From the NCBI GenBank assembly GCA_963718895.1, contig CAVRAG010000008.1:64001-128000 (forward strand): 64,000 nt of DNA, given 5' to 3'. The stretch comes from an uncultured Nitrososphaerota archaeon (GTDB lineage Archaea > Thermoproteota > Nitrososphaeria > Nitrososphaerales > Gagatemarchaeaceae). Positions within the stretch are counted from its first letter, which is position 1; every line of letters starts with the position of its first letter. The translations under genes and the position numbers were made by a program. The notes beneath the pieces are model-generated. The model was not told where the DNA came from, ran no database searches, and saw nothing but the letters and a program-made list of their open reading frames with translations. Shown one piece after another: positions 21,227-30,706 of this stretch.

Positions 21227-23023
21227 CTACACCAACGGACCTGGGTTCAGAAGGTACTTCTTGATGCCTTCCGCCCCGACGTAGGTGGTCGGGCCGATGG
21301 CGTGGGTTCCGGCGGTCACGCTGCTGCCGTGGGTGTTGGTGATCTCGCCTCCGGCGAAGAGGTTTGGCGTGGTCCATGCCTGCTGGTACTTGTTGAAGAC
21401 CGAGGACGTCGCGCTGCTCCCTATCCTGCAGCCGCCTCTGGTGTGCGCCTGCCAGTTATCCATGTGGGTGGTGCCCGCGGCGGTACCCTTGTTGAGGGTC
21501 ACGTTAGACGCGCCAAGTTTTGTCAGGATCGGCTCCATCAAGGGAGCCAGGTAGGTCGCCCCATTGATGGCGTTGTTAGCCCAGTCCATGGTTATCCTCT
21601 CCAGAGGGTCACCATAGATGTCGTTGTGGTGGGGGTCTAGGTCGAGATGCCATCGGGTGTCTGCGAGCTCCGCGGGAGCCGGTCCCATACCAACCGTCAG
21701 CTTCGTGGGGAGGTAGCGGTTCTTCAGGGAAGCCTTGTAGGCGCTTCCCATGCTGTTGATGGTGGCCGCGCCTGCGATCCCTGAGAAGTTCGCCGGTCCG
21801 CCTCCCTGATATCCCCCGACGCTCACAACTCCGCCTCCAATGAAGTTCAGGCCTGTATGGTCGAAGTTGTCGTCGGCGAAGTCGTAGATGGAGACTCCAC
21901 CGGCGCTCGCGTTCCCTGCGCTGTAGGAGTTGCCTCCTATCGGGAGGGTGCCGCTGGCGCTGGCGCCGCCCACGGTGCCGGTGGCGGTGACCCCTCGCCC
22001 GATTGTCCCGGTGCCGTTCGTCGGGTTGTATGTCTGGCCGATACCCGACAGCTGCATCATCCTCGGGATGTTGAAGCCCCAGAGGCCGTCCCAGAACACA
22101 GTGCCCGGCTGGATGTGGACGTTCCCAGACGCATCATAGTATCTAGCCTGGGTCACCTTCCCCGAAGAGTCCGTATCGAGCCTGAACGCGTAGCTGTTCG
22201 TCTTCATGGTGAAGTTCCCGGTCTTGAGCGCCGCAGGGATGACCCTGAATGCCGAGTTCGCCTTCGCCCCCACCTCGCAGACGTAGTTGCAGGCTGCCCC
22301 GCACCACCCGTCGTAGACGCAACCGTTGACCGGGACTCCGTACTGGTTCATGTAGGCCTGCGACGCCAGCGAGGTCGGGGTCGGGTAGGGCGTGTACCCC
22401 AGAGTCTCGGCGGTGTTCATCCATTCCGTCCCCTGCTGGGTCTGAGGGTGAGGGGGCATCGGGAAGTTCTTGCTCATCGGGACCAGCGAACCCATGTTGG
22501 TGCCCGCGAGACCCCAAGCCTGTTCCCACTGGACGTAGAAGGGCTCGTATTCCTCGTACGTCATCGGCCAGTCCTGGACGTCGTTGGTGGGGTCGATGGT
22601 GCTAAGGAAGTTCGGGCCATACCTGCTAGCCGTCATCGATGCCATCTGGTAGTTCCAGGGACCGTACCTGCCCATTGCTCCGGCGTAGTGTTGCGCCATG
22701 CCTCCGACACCGTGTCCCTGCACGATGATCTGGAGAGACGTGTTCCTCCGCGCCGGAAGCGCATACTGGCTGTCGTTGTTCCTTATGGTGTAGGTGGACA
22801 TGGGCAGAGGGTGGTCGAACTTTCTGTGGAACCCGATCCCCCACTCATCGTACTTCACCGGGGCGAAGTCGGAGTTGAAGTCCCAGTACGGGCCCTTCTC
22901 GATTCCTACGACCTTGTATCCGGCCTGCGCCAGCTCGGTCGCGACGATCCCGCCCGTCACGCCGAGGCCAAGAACCACTACGTCGGCCGCGGGGTCCTGG
23001 ATCACATTGGTTGACGAAGACAT
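21227..23023 (-). CDS. GMC flavoprotein, gluconate 2-dehydrogenase alpha-subunit-like, copy 2
   Basis: VVLGLGVTGG, GHGVGGMAQHYAG, CVYDGWCGAACNYVC, HTRGGCRIG; paralogue of copy 1. Confidence 0.87.
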   Translation of the reverse strand: MSSSTNVIQDPAADVVVLGLGVTGGIVATELAQAGYKVVGIEKGPYWDFNSDFAPVKYDEWGIGFHRKFDHPLPMSTYTIRNNDSQYALPARRNTSLQIIVQGHGVGGMAQHYAGAMGRYGPWNYQMASMTASRYGPNFLSTIDPTNDVQDWPMTYEEYEPFYVQWEQAWGLAGTNMGSLVPMSKNFPMPPHPQTQQGTEWMNTAETLGYTPYPTPTSLASQAYMNQYGVPVNGCVYDGWCGAACNYVCEVGAKANSAFRVIPAALKTGNFTMKTNSYAFRLDTDSSGKVTQARYYDASGNVHIQPGTVFWDGLWGFNIPRMMQLSGIGQTYNPTNGTGTIGRGVTATGTVGGASASGTLPIGGNSYSAGNASAGGVSIYDFADDNFDHTGLNFIGGGVVSVGGYQGGGPANFSGIAGAATINSMGSAYKASLKNRYLPTKLTVGMGPAPAELADTRWHLDLDPHHNDIYGDPLERITMDWANNAINGATYLAPLMEPILTKLGASNVTLNKGTAAGTTHMDNWQAHTRGGCRIGSSATSSVFNKYQQAWTTPNLFAGGEITNTHGSSVTAGTHAIGPTTYVGAEGIKKYLLNPGPLV

Positions 23024-23025
23024 CT

Positions 23026-24189
23026 CTAGGCGCTCCCCTTCTGGAACTGGGCGAGGCTCGCCGGTTTCAGCGGTACCGGGGTCGTCGAGACCATCAGCTG
23101 CTTGGGAGTGTAGCCTTCACCGTAGAAGTTCCCCGTGTTCACGCCGTTGAACCCCACATACTCCCAGCCGACCATGTTCCGGTTGCCGCCGTAGATGGGG
23201 TCCATGAGGAACCCGCACCAAACCAGCATCGTCAGCTCGTAGGCAAAATCGACGGGGTTTATGCTGGCGAAGGAGGTCGGCTTGCCGTTCCAAAGGTCCT
23301 GCAGTGCAGCAAGTTGGTTCGCCGCCGAGAGAGTCTCGAAGTTCCCACCGTAGGCGCTGTTCGCGTACGCCTCGAACGCGGCTAGGCCATATCTGAAGAA
23401 CTCCCGCATGTTCATCTGGTACTGGTATCTCGTACCCGCCGTGACTCGTTGGACCGGGGTGCCGCTCGAGTAGGTCACGCCCTGCACCGTGACGGGGCCC
23501 TTCAGTCCGGACATGATGAACGGCCCCTGCATGTAGACGTTCCCGTTCTTTCCGTAGTCACCGGCCAGGACGCGGTCCATGAAGTATATCGCCCCGGCCT
23601 CCTTTGCGCCAGGACCGTTGCTGTCAGAGGGGATTATCGTTTCCGCTATCGCCGCGAGGACGGATTGCTCGCTGTTCGACAAAGTGAGGAACCCCATCGT
23701 CGTGTCTATCTGGACTTGGAGGGCTGCAGCGCTGGCGTTCGCGCCCGACACGGCTGAGTTGAGCGAGGTCACCTGGCCGTTCAGGCTTGTGATCTGCCCG
23801 TTCGCGCTCGTCAGAGCCTGCTGGGTCGCCGTGAGCTGACTGTTCACGCCGCTCAGCTGAGAGTTCGCGCTGCTGAGCTGGGCCTGGGTCGAGGTAAGCT
23901 GGTTGTTCAGCGAGGAGACCTGCCCCTGCGCCGAGGAGAGCTGGGACGCCGTCGAGTTGAGCTGGTTCTGCGTGGAACTGAGCTGCTCCTGGGTAGAGGA
24001 GAGCTGGTTCTGAAGCGCGGCCACCGAGCTGCTCGAGCTGTTGTTGTTTCCGCCTACGACGCTGTTGTAGTATGGTACTTCTACAACGGTAGCTATTGCG
24101 GCGCCCGCGACCACGCCAGCGCCGATCTTTAGGAACGTCCTGCGGTCAGCAGGTTTTGGCTGCCCGCCAGACTGGCTGCTGTCTGCCAT
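23026..24189 (-). CDS. gluconate 2-dehydrogenase subunit 3-like protein with Tat signal and coiled coil, copy 2
   Basis: DRRTFLK + TM + heptads; GFLMDPIYGGNRNMVGWEYVGF; start MADSSQS set by homology to copy 1. Confidence 0.85.
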   Translation of the reverse strand: MADSSQSGGQPKPADRRTFLKIGAGVVAGAAIATVVEVPYYNSVVGGNNNSSSSSVAALQNQLSSTQEQLSSTQNQLNSTASQLSSAQGQVSSLNNQLTSTQAQLSSANSQLSGVNSQLTATQQALTSANGQITSLNGQVTSLNSAVSGANASAAALQVQIDTTMGFLTLSNSEQSVLAAIAETIIPSDSNGPGAKEAGAIYFMDRVLAGDYGKNGNVYMQGPFIMSGLKGPVTVQGVTYSSGTPVQRVTAGTRYQYQMNMREFFRYGLAAFEAYANSAYGGNFETLSAANQLAALQDLWNGKPTSFASINPVDFAYELTMLVWCGFLMDPIYGGNRNMVGWEYVGFNGVNTGNFYGEGYTPKQLMVSTTPVPLKPASLAQFQKGSA

Positions 24190-24202
24190 TCGCAATACAT
24201 AT

Positions 24203-24220
24203 GTTATATTCCTATATAAC
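24203..24220 (-). promoter_or_regulatory. palindromic operator/TATA box of operon copy 2
   Basis: GTTATATTCCTATATAAC, same sequence and same spacing to the ATG as in copy 1. Confidence 0.65.
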
Positions 24221-24401
24221 TTATGTGTTGCATCTTCAGCGGACACGTTACAAATTCCCCCGAAGAGCTGTTCTATTTCTGCGAAATCTTCACGATTCCC
24301 AGGGAAAAAGCCAGAACTGCCCCTGATAATTCCTCTAGACTCATTGTTCGAAACTCTTAAAAGAACTATGACGGGCCCCTCGTTTTGGAGAACCTGAAGG
24401 A

Positions 24402-25032
24402 ATGCAAATAGAGCAAAAGAGAAACGGTATCGGTACTGGAGCTGTTGTAGCAGCGGTGGTTGTCGTCGTATTGATAGCCGCGGCGGGCTACTTCATCTTC
24501 TTCCCGGGCTCCTCCTCCACTACTACTAGGCAACACTATGACGACCACAACGACCACAACGACAACTCCAACGACCTCCACCACGACCACGTCCACAACT
24601 AGCCCGACGACGACTTCCACGACCAGCACCACCACGACATCGACGACTAGCACCACTACGACCACTAGCACGACGAGCACTACGAGTACTACGTCAACTC
24701 AGACCACGTCGACAACCTCAACGACCTCGCAGGCCGCCCCGGTAAAGATCAGCATGCCGAGCGGCGTTGGTGGCAACCAGCAACTGAACTTCGCGCCTCC
24801 AAGCGTGACGGTATCAGCCGGGACGACGATAATCTTCACCAACAACGACACGGTTACGCATAACGTCGACTGGCAGTCCGTCCCAAGCGGGTCGACCATA
24901 ACCGCAGGCACGACCTCGCCGAACATGAAAGGGGGCCAGACCTACACAGTAACCCTCACGGTTCCTGGTACCTACAACTACGTCTGCGACTTCCACTCCT
25001 GGATGAAGGGCACCATCACCGTGACGCCGTAG
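24402..25032 (+). CDS. membrane-anchored type 1 blue copper protein (cupredoxin) with long Thr/Ser linker (frameshift near 24530)
   Basis: N-terminal TM, ~70-aa Thr-rich tract, plastocyanin motifs THNV and YVCDFHSWMKG (His/Cys/His/Met ligands). Confidence 0.85.
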
Positions 25033-25073
25033 CCGAAGACCGAGAGGCACGATAAGCCAATCACGAAAGACGC

Positions 25074-25128
25074 GCAAGCGAGGGCCCCATGGAGCTCGCT
25101 CGCGCTCCCTTTTTTTCCTCTCCTTTTT
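25074..25128 (+). terminator. probable terminator of the cupredoxin gene
   Basis: Imperfect GC hairpin (agcgag...ctcgct) followed by T7 and T5 tracts. Confidence 0.45.
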
Positions 25129-25129
25129 C

Positions 25130-27094
25130 CTAGATCAACCGCACCGATTCGAAGGATTCCGAGATAACCTCACCCATCTCCCTCCCGGCCAGGTTGCAAT
25201 CACCAACCGTCACCACCGAGCCCACCCTTCCGATGAAGAACGAATACGGCCCATTGTTGGGGAGCCGGCCGGTGTTGAGGACGACCGTCACCCGCCCTCT
25301 TCTCGTCGTCTTGACACCTGTGTAGACGTTGAAGAGTTCGACGGAATCTTCTCTCACCTCGCTGATGAAGGCGTTGGGAGTGAAGACGACGCCGGCCCTG
25401 AGGGCCCTCTCGTAAAGATAGGGCAGCTGGAGCGACCACTGCGTCTCGAGGCCCGGTGCAGGGTCGCGGGTGACCAGCTCCACTTGCGAACCCCCTTTCG
25501 AGAGCATCTCCGAGAGCGCGAGCCCCACTACGAACCCGGGCTCGTCGAGTATCATGACCTCGCTCCCGACCTCGGCCCCGGAGAGAACCTGGTCGACGGT
25601 CAGCGCGAGCTCGTTACCCTTGATCGTGCAGTAGTCATATTGCTGCAGGCCGTCCCTTATCGGTCTCGATCCGGTGGCTATTACGACCGCGTCGGGCCGC
25701 TCTTCTGCGACGACGTAGCCGGCCACCTCGGGCGACCCTATCTCCTTCCGCAGCTCTATTCTGACCCCGAGAAGGCGGAGCTGGCCCTCGTACCACTTGA
25801 GCACCGTGCCGAAGTCGTCCCTTCCGGGGAGCCTCTTCGCTAGGTTGACCTGTCCCCCAATCGTCGAGCTCCCCTCATAGATGACTACTTCGTGGCCCGC
25901 CGCGGCTGCGGTGCGCGCCGCCTCGAGTCCGGCCACTCCCGCGCCCACAACCAGCACCTTCTTCCTCACGGAGGCGATGGGCAGATTCTCGAGCCCATCC
26001 TCCGACTCGCGGCCGACGAGAGGGTTGACGGTGCACCTCATGGGCACGTTACGCAGCATGTTGCCAATGCACTTCTGATTGTCTCCCAGGCAGAAACGAA
26101 TCTGGTCGAGGCGCCCCTCCCTGGTCTTGTTCGGCAGGTCCGGATCGGCGATGAGCGCCCGCGTCATCCCGACGAGGTCGGCTGTCCCGTCCTCGAGTAT
26201 CGATTCGGCGAGCACGGGGTCGACGATCCTGCCGGCGGCCCCGACGACCGTCTCGGGCAACGCACGCTTGAACGCGCCCACCGACTCGAGCAGGTAGCCG
26301 GGAGCCTCGTACATCGGCGCAATGGCGACGTGCATCCGCTGGTGCTCGAACCCCGCGTCGACGTTGAGGAAGTCGAGCTCGGCCCGGAGAGAGACCGCGA
26401 CGGCGACTTCGTCGGAGAGCGAGTTCCCCGACGGGAACCCGTCACCCGCGTCGACCCGCATCCCGACAGCCAGCCGCCCACGGGTCTCGGCGCGTATGCC
26501 CGTGATGATCTCCGACAGGAGCCTCGTGCGGTTGGCGAGCGAACCGCCGTATTGGTCTTCCCTGCGATTGGTCGCGCTGGAGTAGAACTCCTCGAGGAGC
26601 ATCCCGTGGGTGGCGTGCAGGTCTACGCCGTCGAAACCCCCTCTCGCGATGTATCCCGCGGCTTTCACGTGGTCCTCCACCAGAGTCCTGATCCCCCGGG
26701 CGTCGTAGGCCTGGGGAGTCACTCGCTTGATCCCGCCTGGGACGCTCGAGGCGCTCCTGGTCGCGCTCCGGTTTCCTCCCGCCGCCGAGAGCTCCATGAA
26801 CGCCTTGGCGCCGTGCCTGTGAATTGCTTCGCAAAGGCCCGAATAGTGCGGGATCACTCGTTCGTCGAACCCCTTGTACGGCCAGGCGTCGACGGGCCCC
26901 TCCGGGAACTCTCCGAGGTCCCTGATCGCGGTCGCCATAGAGACCTCGACGAGCCCGACGCCGCCCTTGGCGCGCCGCTCGAGATAGCTCGTCAGGGTCT
27001 TCATGTCGTAGAGGGTGTTGTGTGGGAGGAGCTGGAGCCTGTTCTTGAGCTGGATCGGTCCGACCCGCAGGGGTTCGAAGAGCTTCTCGAACAT
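25130..27094 (-). CDS. NADH:flavin oxidoreductase (Old Yellow Enzyme/TMADH-like FMN-FeS-FAD enzyme)
   Basis: LFEPLRVG..LKNR, GFDGVDLHATHG, NRREDQYGGSLANR, RALIADPD, CLGDNQKC...CTVNP, VVGAGVAGLEAA, GDC. Confidence 0.88.
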   Translation of the reverse strand: MFEKLFEPLRVGPIQLKNRLQLLPHNTLYDMKTLTSYLERRAKGGVGLVEVSMATAIRDLGEFPEGPVDAWPYKGFDERVIPHYSGLCEAIHRHGAKAFMELSAAGGNRSATRSASSVPGGIKRVTPQAYDARGIRTLVEDHVKAAGYIARGGFDGVDLHATHGMLLEEFYSSATNRREDQYGGSLANRTRLLSEIITGIRAETRGRLAVGMRVDAGDGFPSGNSLSDEVAVAVSLRAELDFLNVDAGFEHQRMHVAIAPMYEAPGYLLESVGAFKRALPETVVGAAGRIVDPVLAESILEDGTADLVGMTRALIADPDLPNKTREGRLDQIRFCLGDNQKCIGNMLRNVPMRCTVNPLVGRESEDGLENLPIASVRKKVLVVGAGVAGLEAARTAAAAGHEVVIYEGSSTIGGQVNLAKRLPGRDDFGTVLKWYEGQLRLLGVRIELRKEIGSPEVAGYVVAEERPDAVVIATGSRPIRDGLQQYDYCTIKGNELALTVDQVLSGAEVGSEVMILDEPGFVVGLALSEMLSKGGSQVELVTRDPAPGLETQWSLQLPYLYERALRAGVVFTPNAFISEVREDSVELFNVYTGVKTTRRGRVTVVLNTGRLPNNGPYSFFIGRVGSVVTVGDCNLAGREMGEVISESFESVRLI

Positions 27095-27220
27095 CCTTCT
27101 TGCGGTCCCGCCCGATGTCTAATAACGGTTGCACAGAGGGAGCCCAGATCGACTGGCGCAACCCGATAGGATACGTCATCCCGTTTATATCTCACCGGAC
27201 TCCCAGAGAACCGAACAGAG

Positions 27221-27616
27221 TTGTTCTCAAAGCCCGAGGTCGACTACCTGAAATCCCAGCACCTGGCCCGCATCGCCACTGCCTCGAGGAAGGGCGTCCC
27301 GGAGGTCTCTCCGGTGGGGTTCCAGTACGACGGGAAGTACATCTTTGTCGGGAGTCATGACCAGAAGATCTTCTTCACGACCCAGAGGTACAACAACATC
27401 AAGAACGGAAACCCCCACGTCTCGATAGTCGTCGACGACCAGGTCTCGATCGACCCATGGAGAGTCCGCGGGATAAAGATATCCGGAGAGGCAGAGGTCG
27501 TCGAGCACAATGGGATGTTCGGCCCGGGCAGATATCTGCGAATCACCCCCAAGACCTCGAGGAGCTGGGGGATAGAACCCGGCGACGGCTCCTTTGGCAA
27601 GAAGAAGGCTCACTGA
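27221..27616 (+). CDS. PPOX-class (probably F420-dependent) split beta-barrel oxidoreductase
   Basis: LARIATA..G.PEVSPVGF, NPHVSIVVDD, PWRVRGIKISGEAE, RITP.TSRSWG. Confidence 0.8.
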   Translation: MFSKPEVDYLKSQHLARIATASRKGVPEVSPVGFQYDGKYIFVGSHDQKIFFTTQRYNNIKNGNPHVSIVVDDQVSIDPWRVRGIKISGEAEVVEHNGMFGPGRYLRITPKTSRSWGIEPGDGSFGKKKAH

Positions 27617-27707
27617 AGCGCGTGGGGCCACGGCGCCAACACTCCCGCAAGATAGAGCGGAGGGACAAGGAAAGAGTATATAGTGAGCGCCAGACCCGCA
27701 GAATGAA

Positions 27708-28094
27708 ATGGCCAACTTCGTCTACAAACCTTACAAGGAGATAATCATCCACGAGATAAGGGAGCTCGATATTCAAGCCTTCATGGAGGGATATGTCTCA
27801 CAATTGCTTTCACAGGGACAGACCGGGATCACGCCGATCGCATCCTGGGTCGATGGGATAGCGTTCTATCTGGGCAACTTCATGGAGACGCCCGACCTCG
27901 TGAAGGAGAAGCTCGACGGGCGGATCCACTGGGCGGCCGTCTACTTCGCCCGGACCAGTTTCCAACCCGAGAAGAAGGTCGTCGTGAGCGGACGCGACTA
28001 CGTCGTCAAGTTCGTCAAGGCGGACGCCAACCCCGACTTCGTGGGACTGGGCGAGTTTCTCAACAAGCGCCCGGCGCCCGAAGCCCCGTCCTAG
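27708..28094 (+). CDS. hypothetical protein
   Basis: 128-aa ORF with host-like codon usage and an upstream TATA-like element (gtatatag). Confidence 0.7.
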   Translation: MANFVYKPYKEIIIHEIRELDIQAFMEGYVSQLLSQGQTGITPIASWVDGIAFYLGNFMETPDLVKEKLDGRIHWAAVYFARTSFQPEKKVVVSGRDYVVKFVKADANPDFVGLGEFLNKRPAPEAPS

Positions 28095-28357
28095 AGATAG
28101 TCGCGGACCTCCTTGCCGTCTTGGTCTGCCTTCAGGACGAGCGTGAGCTGCTCCTTGTCGTTCAGACTACGCCAGTGGGCGGCCTGCTGCTCGGTGACTT
28201 CGTATTCAACGTAGTCGAACTCCGACCGCGAACCCGCCTTGGCGTCCTGGGCCGCGGCCGGCCTACCAATGTCTGGCACCTTGATCGTCGGCAAAGGGCG
28301 AGACCCTATGGCCATCCCGACTTTATCAACGCTTCCGGGCTGCCATGCATGGGACAT
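28091..28357 (-). CDS. hypothetical protein
   Basis: Short ORF sharing a CTAG stop overlap with the convergent gene; start uncertain. Confidence 0.45.
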   Translation of the reverse strand: MSHAWQPGSVDKVGMAIGSRPLPTIKVPDIGRPAAAQDAKAGSRSEFDYVEYEVTEQQAAHWRSLNDKEQLTLVLKADQDGKEVRDYL

Positions 28358-28523
28358 CTGCTATGTCAGGGGAGGAACCAGGAAGCCGCGCGACGTGCTC
28401 CCGAGGCTCCTAGAGCATCGCGGCGCTGCGACATGTTAGGAGACCCTGAGCCGCTAGCCAAACTACAGCAACACACGCCGATAACTTATGTTATTCCTAT
28501 GTGACTTAAATAGCCGATTCGGA

Positions 28524-29624
28524 ATGCGCCGCCCTATGCGAACTAGGGGAGGCCTCGCGACCCGAGCTTTGGCTATAATCGTCATCGTCATTGTGGCAGT
28601 GGTTGGTGTCGCCGGATACATGGCCATGGCAACGCCGGGTTCCAGTTCTCCCAGCTCTTCCAGTTCTTCGAGCTTTTCGAGCCTGCCGACGACCACGACT
28701 ACGTCCTCTTCCTTCTCGAGCCTGGTGACGACCACATCCTCGCCTACGACGTCTAGTACCTCGACCCCCACGACTAGCTCTACACTGTCCACAACCTCGA
28801 CGCAGACGACCATCAGCAGCCTGCCACCTACGACTTCGAGCACGACCACGACCAGTTCGACACCAACGACTACCAGTTCGACGAAGACCACAACCAGCAG
28901 CACGACCACCACAACAAGCACGACCGCCACAACGACCTCGTCACTTTCCAGCACCTCTTCAGCCACGGCGACGACGTCTTGCTTGCCGTCTATCAGCTTC
29001 ACAAGTCAGCCTGCGAGCGTCTTTGTGCCGATGTTCAATGCCTACTCAGCCATGAGTGGGACTTTCTCGGTCACAATGAACCAACAGACTTTCAGCTACA
29101 CCGCTGGTTACACAGTGGTGTACGCAAGCGCGACGACCTACAAAGTCAGCGTCGACTCATCGGCATACGCGAGTTCCACGACGATGTGGCTTCTCAAGAA
29201 CGGGACCATCGCGGGAATAGACTACGCCACCATGAACTACACGGGCGCGGCAGCGCAGTCGTACTACCAGAGTTCTCGACTCTTCACCGCCTGGAGCACA
29301 GAGACAGCCTTCGGGCAGCAGCTAGCAACCGTGTACCCATTGGCGACGGCATACTTCCACTCCACGGGGACCTCGACAGTGACGGTTGGATCCACCACGG
29401 TCGCCGAAACGAACTACGCTGCAAACTCGCTTCCGGAAGTCGCTCCGACCTGTGATGGCGGAAGCGTTACCCTGACAACCGCCGGCATGTCCTTGGGGAT
29501 ACCAAGCGGGGCGAGCTACTTGTTCCCGATCGGAGTAAGTGTCGCGGGCAGCGCTATAACGCCTGGGAACGTTGCAGTCAGCTTCAGCATCTCATCCCAG
29601 ATAACCTCGATCAAGGTAGCCTGA
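28524..29624 (+). CDS. Ser/Thr-rich membrane-anchored surface (glyco)protein
   Basis: N-terminal TM, ~115-aa S/T tract, low-charge beta-rich C-terminal domain. Confidence 0.75.
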   Translation: MRRPMRTRGGLATRALAIIVIVIVAVVGVAGYMAMATPGSSSPSSSSSSSFSSLPTTTTTSSSFSSLVTTTSSPTTSSTSTPTTSSTLSTTSTQTTISSLPPTTSSTTTTSSTPTTTSSTKTTTSSTTTTTSTTATTTSSLSSTSSATATTSCLPSISFTSQPASVFVPMFNAYSAMSGTFSVTMNQQTFSYTAGYTVVYASATTYKVSVDSSAYASSTTMWLLKNGTIAGIDYATMNYTGAAAQSYYQSSRLFTAWSTETAFGQQLATVYPLATAYFHSTGTSTVTVGSTTVAETNYAANSLPEVAPTCDGGSVTLTTAGMSLGIPSGASYLFPIGVSVAGSAITPGNVAVSFSISSQITSIKVA

Positions 29625-29980
29625 GAGCGATTATGGCGAGCCGGGCATCACCCGGTCCGTCTCAATCCTGTCTCCTCTCGAAAGAATCAGGAGGCCCTTC
29701 GACTTTCTTGCGGCATCTGCGAATCCTGTTTGCTGGGCGTTCGCATCTCCCGTTCTCGTCAAATCAGAGTTGGTGTCGTCCCTAACCGTGCTCCACCGAG
29801 TCCTCTGGTATTGCTATGAGCTCTCGGCTGAAGGTCCACGCTTCTGTCTGCTTCCCGCCTACCGAAAGCGACTTCTCTGCTTCGACCATACCCGCGGGTC
29901 AAATCGAATTTACAGAGACAAGAACTGTAATTGAGCAGCCTCCTTCTAAGCGGGAATCAGGAAACAGCGTGCAATTCGCG

Positions 29981-30706
29981 ATGGAGAGCTTGGAGACCGA
30001 GGTCAGAGGACTTTCTAGATTGCTCGACCAAGCGCAAGCTCCCCTGATGGCGATACTTCCCCACAACACCCTGGAATATGCTGAGGCAGCGCAGCAGGCC
30101 GGTGCCGATGCGTTGATCCTCGGCATCGACAAGACCGAGTCGATGTTCCCGGGGCTCTTCGGCAGCTACGAGCTCCAGGAGGACTCCATACTCGGCATCG
30201 TCTCGACCTCCTCGATCCCGGTCGGCATCTCCATAGGAGACTCCCGCCCCCTGACGCCAGAGGGGTGGGAGAGGATAGTGGGCAGGTCCTTCAGCTTCGT
30301 GAACATGTTCGCCCACCACATGCCGCCGTTCGTCCTCACGGACGAGAGGATCGACAAGCTCGTCTCCATAGGCGCTGGTTACATGGTGGAACAGATCAAG
30401 AGCCTCTCCGAGATGAGCCAGGTGAAGGCACTCGAGGCGGCCATCGTCTCCCCCCAGGGGCAGACGCACGTCTTCAGCGTACTGGACCTCTCCACGCTCC
30501 GGATGATCTCGAAGCTCTCGTCCAAGCCTGTCATCCTGAGGGCGCAGAAGAGGCTCGAGGCAGGAGATTTCAGGAGCATAGCCGAGGCCGGCCTGAAGGG
30601 GCTGAGCCTCGATCCGTCGGCTCTGGAGCCGGGTGTGGAAGCATATAGGGATGCGATAACAACCTTCAGGTCTAGAGTGACGAGTTCTGTCCAAACGAGC
30701 GGGTAA
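29981..30706 (+). CDS. hypothetical protein, probable TIM barrel
   Basis: Alternating beta/alpha pattern (AAQQAGADALIL, IPVGISIG, KPVIL, AEAGLKGLSL); first gene of a sugar-nucleotide operon. Confidence 0.6.
   Translation: MESLETEVRGLSRLLDQAQAPLMAILPHNTLEYAEAAQQAGADALILGIDKTESMFPGLFGSYELQEDSILGIVSTSSIPVGISIGDSRPLTPEGWERIVGRSFSFVNMFAHHMPPFVLTDERIDKLVSIGAGYMVEQIKSLSEMSQVKALEAAIVSPQGQTHVFSVLDLSTLRMISKLSSKPVILRAQKRLEAGDFRSIAEAGLKGLSLDPSALEPGVEAYRDAITTFRSRVTSSVQTSG

Noticed and set aside
24500-28990. ACN-rich periodic tracts (24500-24730, 28640-28990) as tandem repeats or CRISPR
   Set aside because: They are Thr/Ser codon runs within ORFs. No repeat-spacer structure or cas genes anywhere in the window.
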